Source of the DNA: Verrucomicrobiales bacterium | Lineage (GTDB): Bacteria > Verrucomicrobiota > Verrucomicrobiia > Verrucomicrobiales > DEV007 | Direction of reading: 5' to 3' | NCBI GenBank assembly: GCA_029212615.1 | Contig: JARGPJ010000007.1 | Span: 70,354-134,353, forward strand | DNA: 64,000 nucleotides | Shown here: one piece after another, positions 19,487-28,642 of the stretch | Layout of the letters: each line of letters begins with the position of its first letter | How positions within the stretch are numbered: position 1 is the stretch's first letter | Made by a program: the position numbers and the translations under genes | The notes under the pieces: generated by a model | Told to the model about the DNA's origin: nothing | The model's database searches: none | What the model saw: only the letters and a program-made list of their open reading frames with translations

Positions 19487-20058
19487 TCAAAATTGGATCG
19501 TCGCTCTACCGCGATGAGATAGGGCGGCGAATTCCGTTGATTAATGGTCTGATAAAGGATCACGGTAAAGATCGATTGATCCAGTTCAGTTGCCCACGCT
19601 TCTACTTGTTTTGCTTCTCTCTCTCCTTCCGGGTGTCCGGGGTAAAGAACAACAGTAATAATTCCGCCAGCTTCGAGGAGTGCGATCACCGAATTCAGCG
19701 CTGCGACAGTCGTTTCCCCACCGGTCGTGATCTGCTTATCGCCGGCAGGGAGATAGCCGAGGTTAAATGTCGCGGCCTTTACGGGAGAGTGGATGATCTC
19801 CGGGATATTTTCGTGACCGGTATGATGGAGTGCCACCTGTTGCATGCCGTTGGTTCGTTCCCGGGTATTCCGAATCGCAGCCTCTTGAATATCGAAACAC
19901 GAGACGAGACCATTTCCTCCCACGGTTTGAGCAAGAAAGAGCGAGTCGTGCCCGTTGCCGGCGGTGGCATCGATGACCGAGTCTCCGGGCTGCACCCGCT
20001 CACGAATGAGGGAGTGAGCCATTTGAATCGCTCTCTTGAGTTGAGGAGGTTTTCCCAT
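19483..20058 (-). CDS. Class I SAM-dependent methyltransferase, YtqB/MnmM-like (putative tRNA mnm5s2U34 methyltransferase)
   Basis: Motifs 'IDATAGNGHDSLFLA', 'FDIQEAAI', 'GHEN', 'FNLGYLPAGDKQITT' and 'VLYPGHPEG' are characteristic of the YtqB/'putative rRNA methylase' family. Confidence 0.8.
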   Translation of the reverse strand: MGKPPQLKRAIQMAHSLIRERVQPGDSVIDATAGNGHDSLFLAQTVGGNGLVSCFDIQEAAIRNTRERTNGMQQVALHHTGHENIPEIIHSPVKAATFNLGYLPAGDKQITTGGETTVAALNSVIALLEAGGIITVVLYPGHPEGEREAKQVEAWATELDQSIFTVILYQTINQRNSPPYLIAVERRSNFD

Positions 20059-20061
20059 GCC

Positions 20062-21132
20062 TTAGACTAGATTGCTTTGAATGTCGGATTCAGGAGGCAG
20101 GGGGATTCCGTCTTCCAGTAACTGAGTGAAACGTTCGGCGTACCATGGACCGTTGACGACTCCCTTGGATCCCAGTCCATTGAAAAAAGCGACGGAGTCA
20201 TGTGCGGGGTGAATTCCGGCGAAAATCTGGCTGCGATGGATGATGGGACGAACTGCGCAACGGTGATCGATCACTTCGAAGGGAAGCGGAGTGATTGATC
20301 TGAGCTTTTCGATAATCTCTTCGCGTCCTGCGTGGTCCGGATCGAGAGAAGCCAGTTGGTGCCTGTAGTTCGATCCCGTCCGAAAGCGGTCCCCTCCGAC
20401 CGGCAGGAGCCAGGCTCCCTTATTGATGATCAGCTCGAGACCGTCGAGCCCCGGAATTCTGACGTCCAGTATGTCACCCAGTGCAGAGTGCATCCGGATC
20501 CAGTCGAAGAACTGGTTTTCGTGGTTTCGCCAGCCTTCAGCAAAGATGATTTGTTTCGCGTTAATATTCTTCCATTGGACCCCGGTGGAGTGGGGATGAA
20601 CCTCTGCTGAGTTGACTTTGCCAATCGCATAGGACGCTCGTTCAAGGAGGTGCTGTCGGGTTGTCTCGAGAAATGCCGGGACATCAAGCCACCCGCCCCC
20701 TTTCATCTCAAAGCCGCCGTTTTCCGCATGAAGGAGACTGGGATCCAGGTCGAGTGGACCCCGGTAGGGATGATCCGAGCTTTCTTCACTGCGATCAATC
20801 GCTTCCCAGTTGTCCTTCTCTTTCACATTGCGAAGGAGCTTCGCGATACGCTGCTCGTGAAAGAACGGAGTCCCCGTGGCCAGCTCCAGGTCGCGGTAGA
20901 ACTGGCGCGCGAAATTGAGGCGTTCTTCGAAGGCTGGTGAAATTGAAAATTTCGAACCCGTGATCGGGGTTACGAGGCCGGCTGCGATTTTGGAGGAGGT
21001 AACCGTCTCGTCGCGATCAACGACGAGGATTCGTTTATTCCGGCGGAGTAGCTGCCATGCCAGGAGCGAACCGGCAAGGCCTTGCCCAACGATGAGATAG
21101 TCAACTTTCACGTTCAGAAGAGTGGCAGACAA
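20062..21132 (-). CDS. FAD-dependent oxidoreductase (DAO/glycine oxidase/MnmC C-terminal-like family)
   Basis: Rossmann 'DYLIVGQGLAG', 'SSKIAAGLVTPITG', C-terminal 'AVRP' and 'FNGLGSKG'. TTG start. Its stop is 3 nt before the methyltransferase ATG. Confidence 0.85.
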   Translation of the reverse strand: MSATLLNVKVDYLIVGQGLAGSLLAWQLLRRNKRILVVDRDETVTSSKIAAGLVTPITGSKFSISPAFEERLNFARQFYRDLELATGTPFFHEQRIAKLLRNVKEKDNWEAIDRSEESSDHPYRGPLDLDPSLLHAENGGFEMKGGGWLDVPAFLETTRQHLLERASYAIGKVNSAEVHPHSTGVQWKNINAKQIIFAEGWRNHENQFFDWIRMHSALGDILDVRIPGLDGLELIINKGAWLLPVGGDRFRTGSNYRHQLASLDPDHAGREEIIEKLRSITPLPFEVIDHRCAVRPIIHRSQIFAGIHPAHDSVAFFNGLGSKGVVNGPWYAERFTQLLEDGIPLPPESDIQSNLV

Positions 21133-21190
21133 TCTGTTCTATTTTTAACAAAATGCGAGTGATTGCCGAACCGCAGGGAGATATACAGGC

Positions 21191-21236
21191 ATAAAAATTG
21201 ATATTTCAGAAAATATGATAGTTAATTTTTATAAAA
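21191..21236. promoter_or_regulatory. AT-rich divergent promoter region with nested inverted repeats
   Basis: ATAAAAATT (21191-21199) pairs with AATTTTTAT (21224-21232). Inner ATATTT/AAATAT pair. Palindromic TTTTATAAAA. Lies between divergent genes. Confidence 0.4.
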
Positions 21237-21305
21237 TAATGATTGTCATGGTTCCCTAATGAAGTCAGAATGCAATTGAATCGAATTGTCATATCGAATC
21301 AAATT

Positions 21306-22892
21306 ATGAAAACACCAGTTTTTTCCGCGATTTTTACAATTGGAACATTGATGCTTGCTCTGATCGCGACCAGCTGTAGTGATCCGCAGAAGCAGGCCCG
21401 CAAAGCCCTTGAGGAGAAAGGCTATGGCACTTCCGTAAATGATCTCATCATGGCGGCGGGCGCCGGGGACACGGAGAGTCTCGACTTGTTTGTCCAAACC
21501 GGAATGGACATTGACAGTAAGGACCGGGTGGGGAACACGGCGTTGATTAAGGCTGCCGGTGGCGGTCACGCCCGGGCGGTAGAGCGCATTCTTGGAATGG
21601 GGGCGGACCCGCGTCACCGAAATAGCGTGGGACGGGATGCTCTCATGACATCTTCTGCGAAAGGCTTTGAGCAGGTATCCCGTATGTTGCTGAGTCGAGG
21701 GGGAGATATCACGATCAAAGATTCCGAGGGGTGGAGCTCTCTTTCTATCGCGGCCTTTAATGGTCATGCTGACGTCGTCTCATTGCTTTCCAGTCAGGCA
21801 TCTCCCACAGCGCTTGATGACGCCCTGCTCGTCGCCAGTTTTAACGGGGATGAAGAGGTCATTAGTCGACTCCTCGGGGCCGGAGCAAATATTAATGCCC
21901 GGAGTCCTGCCAGCATGACCCCGCTAATGATCGCGGCCGAAGGGGGAAAAGCAGGGGCTGTTCGGACACTGTTGCAGAATCAGGCAAATCCATATTCTGA
22001 GACGAATGAAGGTCAGACAGCAGCGATGCTTGCGGGAAACAAAGGATTTACAGAGGTTCAGGATTTAATCATGGAACCGGGGCAATGGGGTTCGAGTCCG
22101 GAAAGCGAAGAAGTTCTTCGCGAGATGGCTGAAGCTCAGAAGGCACTTCTTGCCGGCGCGGCTGTCGAGGAGACGTTGGTTGAGGACGCTTTATCTGAGG
22201 ATGATCTCACCCCGGTTGAGTCTCATGATGCTGAGGTCGGGGAGCGAATGAGTGTCGCTGAAAAAGCGAATGCCTCGACCACAAGGGACATGACGCAGTC
22301 TCGCACCTCGCGCGTTCGTGAGGAAGCAAAGTCCAAACCTATTGCCGCTCTCAATGGTTCCACCATTCACTCACGCAGCATTGAAGCCGCGCCGGTGAAG
22401 TCAATGATCCTGGCGGCCTATCATGAAGAGCCGATTCCTCTCTCCGTATCAAAAGTCGATGGAGACACGGCGGAAATTCGCCGGCTGGATCAGAAGAGCG
22501 AGCCGATTGAGGTCGAAGTAGGGACCACGATTCCCGGAACCCCCTTTGAGGTGAAGGAAGTCACTCGCAAGTTCGTCAGTTCGAAAGAGGGAAAAGGACG
22601 CATGGTCGACGTCTCCCGTGTGAAAGTGGAGAACACTCACAGCGGGGCGACTCATCTCCTCGTGAACGATATTTCCGGTCAGTCTGCTGATGCCTATGCC
22701 ATTTTGACCTCTCCTGACAGCAAGTATCGCTATGTCGTGAAGTCCGGGGATGTCTTCCGGACTTCTCAGCCGAACACCGGCACGAAAGATTACCAAGTGC
22801 TCGATATCCGGGCCAGCGGGGTCGTTGTGAAAGACCTCGCGACGGAGGACGTCCTCACAATTGCCCGCGATGGCATTGTTGCACCACGCTAG
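21306..22892 (+). CDS. Ankyrin-repeat lipoprotein with a beta-rich C-terminal domain
   Basis: ATG 21306 gives a lipoprotein signal (LIATS|C). Ankyrin repeats: 'GNTALIKAA', 'GRDALMTSS', 'GWSSLSIAAFNGH', 'MTPLMIAA', 'GQTAAMLA'. An acidic linker precedes a distinct C-terminal domain. The track start is 21243. Confidence 0.82.
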   Translation: MKTPVFSAIFTIGTLMLALIATSCSDPQKQARKALEEKGYGTSVNDLIMAAGAGDTESLDLFVQTGMDIDSKDRVGNTALIKAAGGGHARAVERILGMGADPRHRNSVGRDALMTSSAKGFEQVSRMLLSRGGDITIKDSEGWSSLSIAAFNGHADVVSLLSSQASPTALDDALLVASFNGDEEVISRLLGAGANINARSPASMTPLMIAAEGGKAGAVRTLLQNQANPYSETNEGQTAAMLAGNKGFTEVQDLIMEPGQWGSSPESEEVLREMAEAQKALLAGAAVEETLVEDALSEDDLTPVESHDAEVGERMSVAEKANASTTRDMTQSRTSRVREEAKSKPIAALNGSTIHSRSIEAAPVKSMILAAYHEEPIPLSVSKVDGDTAEIRRLDQKSEPIEVEVGTTIPGTPFEVKEVTRKFVSSKEGKGRMVDVSRVKVENTHSGATHLLVNDISGQSADAYAILTSPDSKYRYVVKSGDVFRTSQPNTGTKDYQVLDIRASGVVVKDLATEDVLTIARDGIVAPR

Positions 22893-22901
22893 GTCGATCG
22901 C

Positions 22902-24206
22902 CTAGACGACGGTGTTGTCGGGAATGGAAATACTTTTCGGGACGACTACGATACCATCGCGAACATAACACCATTCGCAGTCTTCGTTGACGCGGTCTCC
23001 GGGGTGAATGACCACTCCGCTTCCGATGGTTGCGTTTTTATCAATGATCGCCCGGTGAATTCTTGTGTTTTCGCCAATTCGAATCGGGGTCTTCTGCGGC
23101 TTTTCATTGCCGGGGACGATCGTAGTCCTGTTGTAGTAGTCAGATCCCATGATAATGGCTTCACTGATGTCGCAGCCTTTCTCGATGACAGAGCGAACTC
23201 CGATGATCGAATTCCTAATTCGGGCACCGGTGATGATACAGCCATCCGAGAGCAGGGCTTCTTCAATCCTTGCTTCGTTAATCTTGCTCGCAGGGAGAAG
23301 GCGGGCGCGGGTATAGATAGGATTCGCGGGATCAAAAAAGTTAAAAGCCGGAACAATTTTGGTGCACTCGATATTTGCTTCGAAGAATGACTTAATAGTC
23401 CCGATATCCTCCCAGTAGCCACGAAAAATGTAGCTGTAGACGTCTTCATTCTCGATGATGGAGGGGATGATATCTTTGCCGAAATCCTGAAGATCATTGG
23501 CGAGCGCTTTTTCAAGCACTTCGCGATTGAAGAGGTAAATACCCATGGATGCTTGAAATCGCTCGTCGTCGGGTTCCAAACCGACTGACTCAAGAAGTGG
23601 CGCGGGCATGGCGAGTTGGTCCAGGGCAGCATCATCATCGCCCGGCTTTTCAACAAACTGCGTGATGCGACTGTCGTTGTCGCTGTGCATGAGGCCGAAA
23701 GCACGTGCTGGATCCCGTTCTACCGGAGTCGTTGCAATGGTGAGATCGGCTCCTGTCTGGAGGTGGCGTTTCAGCATTTTCCGGAAATCCATCCGGTAGA
23801 GCTGATCGCCGCTGAGAATAAGGAAATGCTTGTATGGCTGTTCGAGGAAGTAGCTCAGGTTCTGGCGGACGGCATCGGCGGTGCCTTGATACCAGTTGTC
23901 GTCGCCCGGAGTCTGTTGCGCGGCGAGGATGTGTACAAAATTATCTCCGAAGTGGTCAAATTTGTAACCGCTTGTGACATGGCGGTTCAGTGACTCGCTG
24001 TTAAACTGAGTCAGGACATACATCTGACGAATGCCTGAGTTGATGCAGTTACTGATTGGGATATCCACGATGCGATACTTACCGGCAAGTGGAACGGCGG
24101 GTTTTGAACGACTGTCAGTGAGGGGAAAAAGTCGGCTACCCTGTCCGCCTCCCATGATGATGGCGAGAGTGCTGTGAAGAGATTTTTCGGTGGATATATT
24201 GGACAT
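22902..24206 (-). CDS. glgC: Glucose-1-phosphate adenylyltransferase
   Basis: 'AIIMGGGQGSRLFPLT..RSKPAVPLAGKYRIVDIPISNCINSG', 'WYQGTADAVRQN', 'LILSGDQLYRMD', 'FVEKP', 'ASMGIY', 'YWEDIGT'. Start taken at ATG 24206 (track 24278). Confidence 0.96.
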   Translation of the reverse strand: MSNISTEKSLHSTLAIIMGGGQGSRLFPLTDSRSKPAVPLAGKYRIVDIPISNCINSGIRQMYVLTQFNSESLNRHVTSGYKFDHFGDNFVHILAAQQTPGDDNWYQGTADAVRQNLSYFLEQPYKHFLILSGDQLYRMDFRKMLKRHLQTGADLTIATTPVERDPARAFGLMHSDNDSRITQFVEKPGDDDAALDQLAMPAPLLESVGLEPDDERFQASMGIYLFNREVLEKALANDLQDFGKDIIPSIIENEDVYSYIFRGYWEDIGTIKSFFEANIECTKIVPAFNFFDPANPIYTRARLLPASKINEARIEEALLSDGCIITGARIRNSIIGVRSVIEKGCDISEAIIMGSDYYNRTTIVPGNEKPQKTPIRIGENTRIHRAIIDKNATIGSGVVIHPGDRVNEDCEWCYVRDGIVVVPKSISIPDNTVV

Positions 24207-24323
24207 GGCGACGCCGTAATCTAAAGGAAGATGAAAGAGATGGGCACTGTTTTCGTGACAAATTTTTTGATTGAGCAAGATTTCGAACTTAGGTTTCTTT
24301 GAATTTTAGATTTTATAATAATT

Positions 24324-26177
24324 ATGTGTGGTATCATTGGATACGTAGGCAAAGCTTCTGCCGCTCCCATCCTGATTGAAGGGCTTCGTCGTCTTGAGTA
24401 TCGGGGTTATGACTCTTCGGGCATTGCGATTTTGAATGGTTCCAACACCATTGAGTTGCGTAAGCGAAGCGGGCGCCTTGATAACCTGAAGGACTTGCTC
24501 CTTGAGAATCCTGCGACCGGGAGTTGCGGGATCAGTCATACGCGCTGGGCGACGCACGGCGAACCTTCTGATGAGAACGCTCACCCGCATTCTGATCAGA
24601 GCGGCCGGCTCGCAGTGGTTCACAACGGGGTCATTGAAAACTACAAGATTCTCAAAGATCGACTGACTGAAGAAGGACATGAGTTTGTCTCGCAGACGGA
24701 CTCGGAGGTGCTCGCTCACCTCATCGGGAAATGCTACGATTCCAGCACAGTGAGCGATTCGAAAGACCGCCTTGTCTCCGCCGTCCGGGAGGCACTCCCC
24801 CAGGTCTCAGGGACTTACGGAATTGCTGTGTTGCATGCTGATATTCCCGAATTCCTCGTGGGGGCACGGCTCGGGAGTCCCCTTGTTCTTGGCCTTGGAA
24901 GAGGTGAGAACTTTCTCGCTTCGGATGTTGGTGCGATTGTTACCCACACTAAGGATGCGGTGTATTTGCAGGATCGCGATTTGGTTTGCCTGACTCCGGA
25001 TGATTTTAATATTGAGAAGATTGACGGTGCTGATTCAACGTATGAGGTAAGCACGGTTGACTACACGCCGGAGCAAGCTGAGAAAGGCGAGTATCCTCAT
25101 TTCATGCTCAAAGAAATTTTTGAGCAGCCCACTTCGATCGGGAATGCTTTTCGTGGACGTCTCGTTGATGATCAGGCTTCTGCGATTCTCGGTGGACTGG
25201 GATTGACGCCTCGTGAACTTCGCGACATCGACCGGATCGTTCTTTGCGGCTGCGGGACGGCATCCCATGCCGCGATGGCAGGCGAGTACATCATTGAATC
25301 GCTCGCCCGGATTCCCACTGAAGTTGAGATCGCGAGTGAGTTCAGGTATCGAAATCCGCCCCTCGACAAAAACACGCTTGTGTTCGTGATCAGTCAGAGT
25401 GGTGAAACGATCGATACCCTGGCTGCGATGCGGGAAGGGCAGCGCAAAGGGCATCGTGTTCTCGGGATTGTGAATTCTGTAGGATCAACTATTGCCCGCG
25501 AATCAGACGGGGGAAGCTATCTTCACTCCGGTCCTGAGATCGGGGTCGCGGCAACCAAGTCATTCACTTCACAGGTGACCGTTCTTGCGCTCCTTGGACT
25601 GCTTCTCGGTCGGATGAAGCATCTTTCTGTCGAGTATGGTCAGAATGTTTTGAAAGAACTGCGTGAATTGCCCGCAAAGGTTGAGCAGGTCTTGCTGCAG
25701 AGCGAGCGGATTCGACAGATTGCAATCAAGTATAACGACGTTCCCGCGATGCTGTTTCTCGGGCGTCAGTTTCATTACGCGACGGCGCTGGAAGGTGCTT
25801 TAAAAATGAAGGAGATTTCCTACATCTTTGCGAGTGGCCATGCCGCGGCTGAGCTGAAGCACGGTATTATTGCCCTTGTCAGCGAAGAGGTTCCCAGTGT
25901 TTTTATCATGCCGAAGGACTCGGTTTATGAGAAAAACGTGAGCACGCTTGAGGAAGTGAAGGCACGCAAAGGGCCGACCATCGCAATCACGACGGAAGGC
26001 AATACCGAGTTGGAGGAATTGGCGGACGAAGTGATCTACATCCCGCCGGTAATGGAATGTCTCAGCCCGATTCTAGCAGCGATTCCGCTCCAACTCTTGA
26101 GTTATCACTTTTCCGTTGAGCGTGGCTGTGATGTCGATAAGCCCCGTAATCTAGCCAAGAGTGTAACGGTTGAGTGA
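24324..26177 (+). CDS. glmS: Glutamine--fructose-6-phosphate transaminase (isomerizing)
   Basis: N-terminal 'MCGIIGY', 'LEYRGYDS', 'HTRWATHG', 'SQSGET.DT', C-terminal 'DKPRNLAKSVTVE'. Confidence 0.97.
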   Translation: MCGIIGYVGKASAAPILIEGLRRLEYRGYDSSGIAILNGSNTIELRKRSGRLDNLKDLLLENPATGSCGISHTRWATHGEPSDENAHPHSDQSGRLAVVHNGVIENYKILKDRLTEEGHEFVSQTDSEVLAHLIGKCYDSSTVSDSKDRLVSAVREALPQVSGTYGIAVLHADIPEFLVGARLGSPLVLGLGRGENFLASDVGAIVTHTKDAVYLQDRDLVCLTPDDFNIEKIDGADSTYEVSTVDYTPEQAEKGEYPHFMLKEIFEQPTSIGNAFRGRLVDDQASAILGGLGLTPRELRDIDRIVLCGCGTASHAAMAGEYIIESLARIPTEVEIASEFRYRNPPLDKNTLVFVISQSGETIDTLAAMREGQRKGHRVLGIVNSVGSTIARESDGGSYLHSGPEIGVAATKSFTSQVTVLALLGLLLGRMKHLSVEYGQNVLKELRELPAKVEQVLLQSERIRQIAIKYNDVPAMLFLGRQFHYATALEGALKMKEISYIFASGHAAAELKHGIIALVSEEVPSVFIMPKDSVYEKNVSTLEEVKARKGPTIAITTEGNTELEELADEVIYIPPVMECLSPILAAIPLQLLSYHFSVERGCDVDKPRNLAKSVTVE

Positions 26178-26231
26178 ACCTCGAATTTGGGCTGACAACG
26201 GCCTGTTTCAGGTCCATCTTCCCACGGTAAA

Positions 26232-26705
26232 ATGAGCATGGATAACGACTCCAATTCGCCAAGTGTAAAAGACGGGACTCCCATTCGTCAGATTGCGGTT
26301 TTTCTGCCAAACCGGACCGGAGCGTTTGTTGCGATCCTTGATTTAATGAAGAGCAACCATGTCCTTGTGTTGGGACTCTCGGTTCAGGACTCAATCGATA
26401 ATACGGTTGTCCGTCTTATCGTGAGCGATCCGGACACCGTTGAGACGGTTTTCATTGAAAGAGGTATTCCGTTTAATTCAACTGACCTTGTCGTTGTTGA
26501 GCTTCGCGACGGCGCCGATCAGATGCCTGCCTGTCTGCGCACCCTCCTGAATGCTGAGACAAATATTCATTTTATCTACCCGCTCCTCACTCAGCCGAAT
26601 GGCAATCCTGCTCTCGCGCTTTGTGTGGAAGACAATCAGTTCGGGGATTCCATTCTATCGAAGGCTGGATTTCGAGTGCTTCGTCAGGAAGACCTCAGTC
26701 GCTGA
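26232..26705 (+). CDS. Small tandem ACT-domain protein
   Basis: 'IRQIAVFLPNRTG' and 'VVRLIVSDPD', then a second ACT-like unit 'ETNIHFIYPLL'. Confidence 0.75.
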   Translation: MSMDNDSNSPSVKDGTPIRQIAVFLPNRTGAFVAILDLMKSNHVLVLGLSVQDSIDNTVVRLIVSDPDTVETVFIERGIPFNSTDLVVVELRDGADQMPACLRTLLNAETNIHFIYPLLTQPNGNPALALCVEDNQFGDSILSKAGFRVLRQEDLSR

Positions 26706-26709
26706 GCGT

Positions 26710-27510
26710 TCAAACACGCGCTCGTCGAAAGAGCGTATCAGCGACATTCCTCACGTACTGTTCGTCCGAGAGGCCTGCAGTGACTTCGTCGGGAAACTCA
26801 GCTACTTCACGAAAATGATTCGCGATCTGTGAAAAGAGATGAAGGCGATTGTCGGGGGAAAGTTCATTTCTTCTAGCGACAGCATCCAGCGCGATACGGG
26901 CCTCTTCCGGTGAGGTATTTTGGCGCAAGCGTGCTTCGAGAAGCGGCTTCGTTGAAAAGGAATTCTCGCCCGGAGCAAGCATCTCTTCGAATTCAGGGGG
27001 CTTCGCCTCTATTTCACGAATCACGAGGGTTCCGGCGGCAATGTCACCGATTCTCTGGCATCGTTTGGTGATCAGGCAGGAGATGCTGCCGATGAGATAA
27101 AAGGTCGAAGGAAGAATATCGAGGAGGCGGAAGAGATTCCGGATTACGATCTGTTTCACTCCCAGCGAGAGACCCCGGTCATCGATGACGCGCAGTTTAA
27201 AGAGACGCTTTCCAACAGTTTGGCCTGACCAGAGCCACTCAGTCACCATCCCGTAGAAAGTGAAAACAATGAATTGGAGCAGGATGGTCGCCCCTGCGCC
27301 GAAGTCGCTCAGAATTGAGCCGATCACCGGAATCTCAGCGACGGAAGATTGAAAAATACCGATGAATTGCGAGATCAACAGGGTAAGCGCGACGACGACC
27401 GCAAAATCCACGGCAAGGGCGAGGCAGCGGCTGAAAGGCGAAGCGATCGGGACGGAGAAGGTAACTCCCTCCAGGGTGCGAACTTCGAGGCTGGTGGTTT
27501 GTCCAAGCAT
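26710..27510 (-). CDS. RDD-family membrane protein
   Basis: 'IASPFSRCLALAVD', 'GQTVGKRLFKLRVI', 'RNLFRLLD', 'QRIGDIAAGTLVI'. The ATG overlaps the upstream TGA. Confidence 0.88.
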   Translation of the reverse strand: MLGQTTSLEVRTLEGVTFSVPIASPFSRCLALAVDFAVVVALTLLISQFIGIFQSSVAEIPVIGSILSDFGAGATILLQFIVFTFYGMVTEWLWSGQTVGKRLFKLRVIDDRGLSLGVKQIVIRNLFRLLDILPSTFYLIGSISCLITKRCQRIGDIAAGTLVIREIEAKPPEFEEMLAPGENSFSTKPLLEARLRQNTSPEEARIALDAVARRNELSPDNRLHLFSQIANHFREVAEFPDEVTAGLSDEQYVRNVADTLFRRARV

Positions 27511-28520
27511 CAGGCGGCAGGGGTTCCGGTCGACCGGTGGCGTCCCGAGAGACTGAGGTAGAGAATCAGTGCGAGGAGCTGAATTGAGCCGAATCCAATT
27601 TTCCAGGGATAGAACCGGTCGGAATGGTACTGGGAGAGAAAAGACTCGACGATGCCTGCCCAGATGAGGAGAAGCGCTGCTCCGGTGATTAAAGTGAGCA
27701 AATCGCCGCGGATCCTTGCGAGTCGCTGTCTCAGTTTCAGATTTGTTCCCCAGCCGAACATGGCTCGTGCGATGATGAGTCCTGCCTGTCCCCCGATGAA
27801 GATGGCGGGAAGCTCAAATGAACCGTGCGGAAGGAGCCAGGCGGTGAGGAAAATTCCCTCTCCATCGCTGAGGTAGTCAAACATGACGATGCCAATGATT
27901 GTACCGTTGTAGAAGAGAAGGATGAGAGTGAAAATTCCCCAGAAGAATCCGCTCACCATGGTCATGATTGTGACCTTGGTGTTGTGAGTCATCAGTTGTG
28001 ACGAGAAGGTGTGGCGCCCCTGGAAGGCGTCAAAGTCCTGCTTCTCTTCGCGTTCGACCCGTTTTGAGGGCTTTTCGTTGAGGTGGGCAAACTGAGGGGG
28101 GATAAAATCCGCCTTGAGGTCGTAGTTGATCTTCAGTGCTGCCGCGCCAAATAATGCGCCGATGGCGAAGGTGCCGATTGAAAGGGCAAAGGCCCGCCAG
28201 TGCTGGCGAAAGGTGCAGGGGAACGTTTTGGTGATCCAATTGAGGGGGCGGAATGGCATCGATTCTCCGCCGCTTGAATGTAGCTGGCTGTATGCTTTTG
28301 CGACGATATTTTCGAGGAAGCGTGCCGTTTCAGCTTCCCCCGCAAAGGTTTTCAACTTCACGAGATCCGCTGCCGCTCTCTGGTAGAGATAGTAGAATCG
28401 TCGCGCTTCGGAAAGTGGAGGGGTTCTTCCGGCATCCTCGCTTTGAACCCGCAGTAGCTCCGCGAGTTCCTCCCAGAACGGGCGCTCTTTAGCGATGAAC
28501 TTGTCGAGGTCGAGGATCAC
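27510..28520 (-). CDS. Stage II sporulation protein M (DUF95)-family membrane protein
   Basis: 'LDLDKFI...WEEL', 'LYQRAAADL', 'THNTKV', 'LLFYNG', 'LLPHGSFELPAIFIGGQAG', 'AGIVESF'. GTG 28520 is the preferred start (track 28622). Confidence 0.85.
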   Translation of the reverse strand: MILDLDKFIAKERPFWEELAELLRVQSEDAGRTPPLSEARRFYYLYQRAAADLVKLKTFAGEAETARFLENIVAKAYSQLHSSGGESMPFRPLNWITKTFPCTFRQHWRAFALSIGTFAIGALFGAAALKINYDLKADFIPPQFAHLNEKPSKRVEREEKQDFDAFQGRHTFSSQLMTHNTKVTIMTMVSGFFWGIFTLILLFYNGTIIGIVMFDYLSDGEGIFLTAWLLPHGSFELPAIFIGGQAGLIIARAMFGWGTNLKLRQRLARIRGDLLTLITGAALLLIWAGIVESFLSQYHSDRFYPWKIGFGSIQLLALILYLSLSGRHRSTGTPAA

Positions 28521-28642
28521 GTGGGGAATATGGAGAACGCTTTCAGTTGAGGCAAGGCGCGATTGCCGTTTGAACGTGCAACTGACGGCTAAGGCCGGGG
28601 TTGACTCGTTGGCTATCTCCACGTCATTCTCTCAAGCGTATC

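Noticed and set aside
18680-20058. Giant protein as a CdiA toxin with a downstream immunity gene
   Set aside because: No VENN/PT motif or toxin-like C-terminal domain. The downstream gene is convergent and is a methyltransferase.
24207-24323. glmS ribozyme upstream of glmS
   Set aside because: The gap is only 117 nt, AT-rich and shared with divergent glgC. No recognisable ribozyme core or stems.
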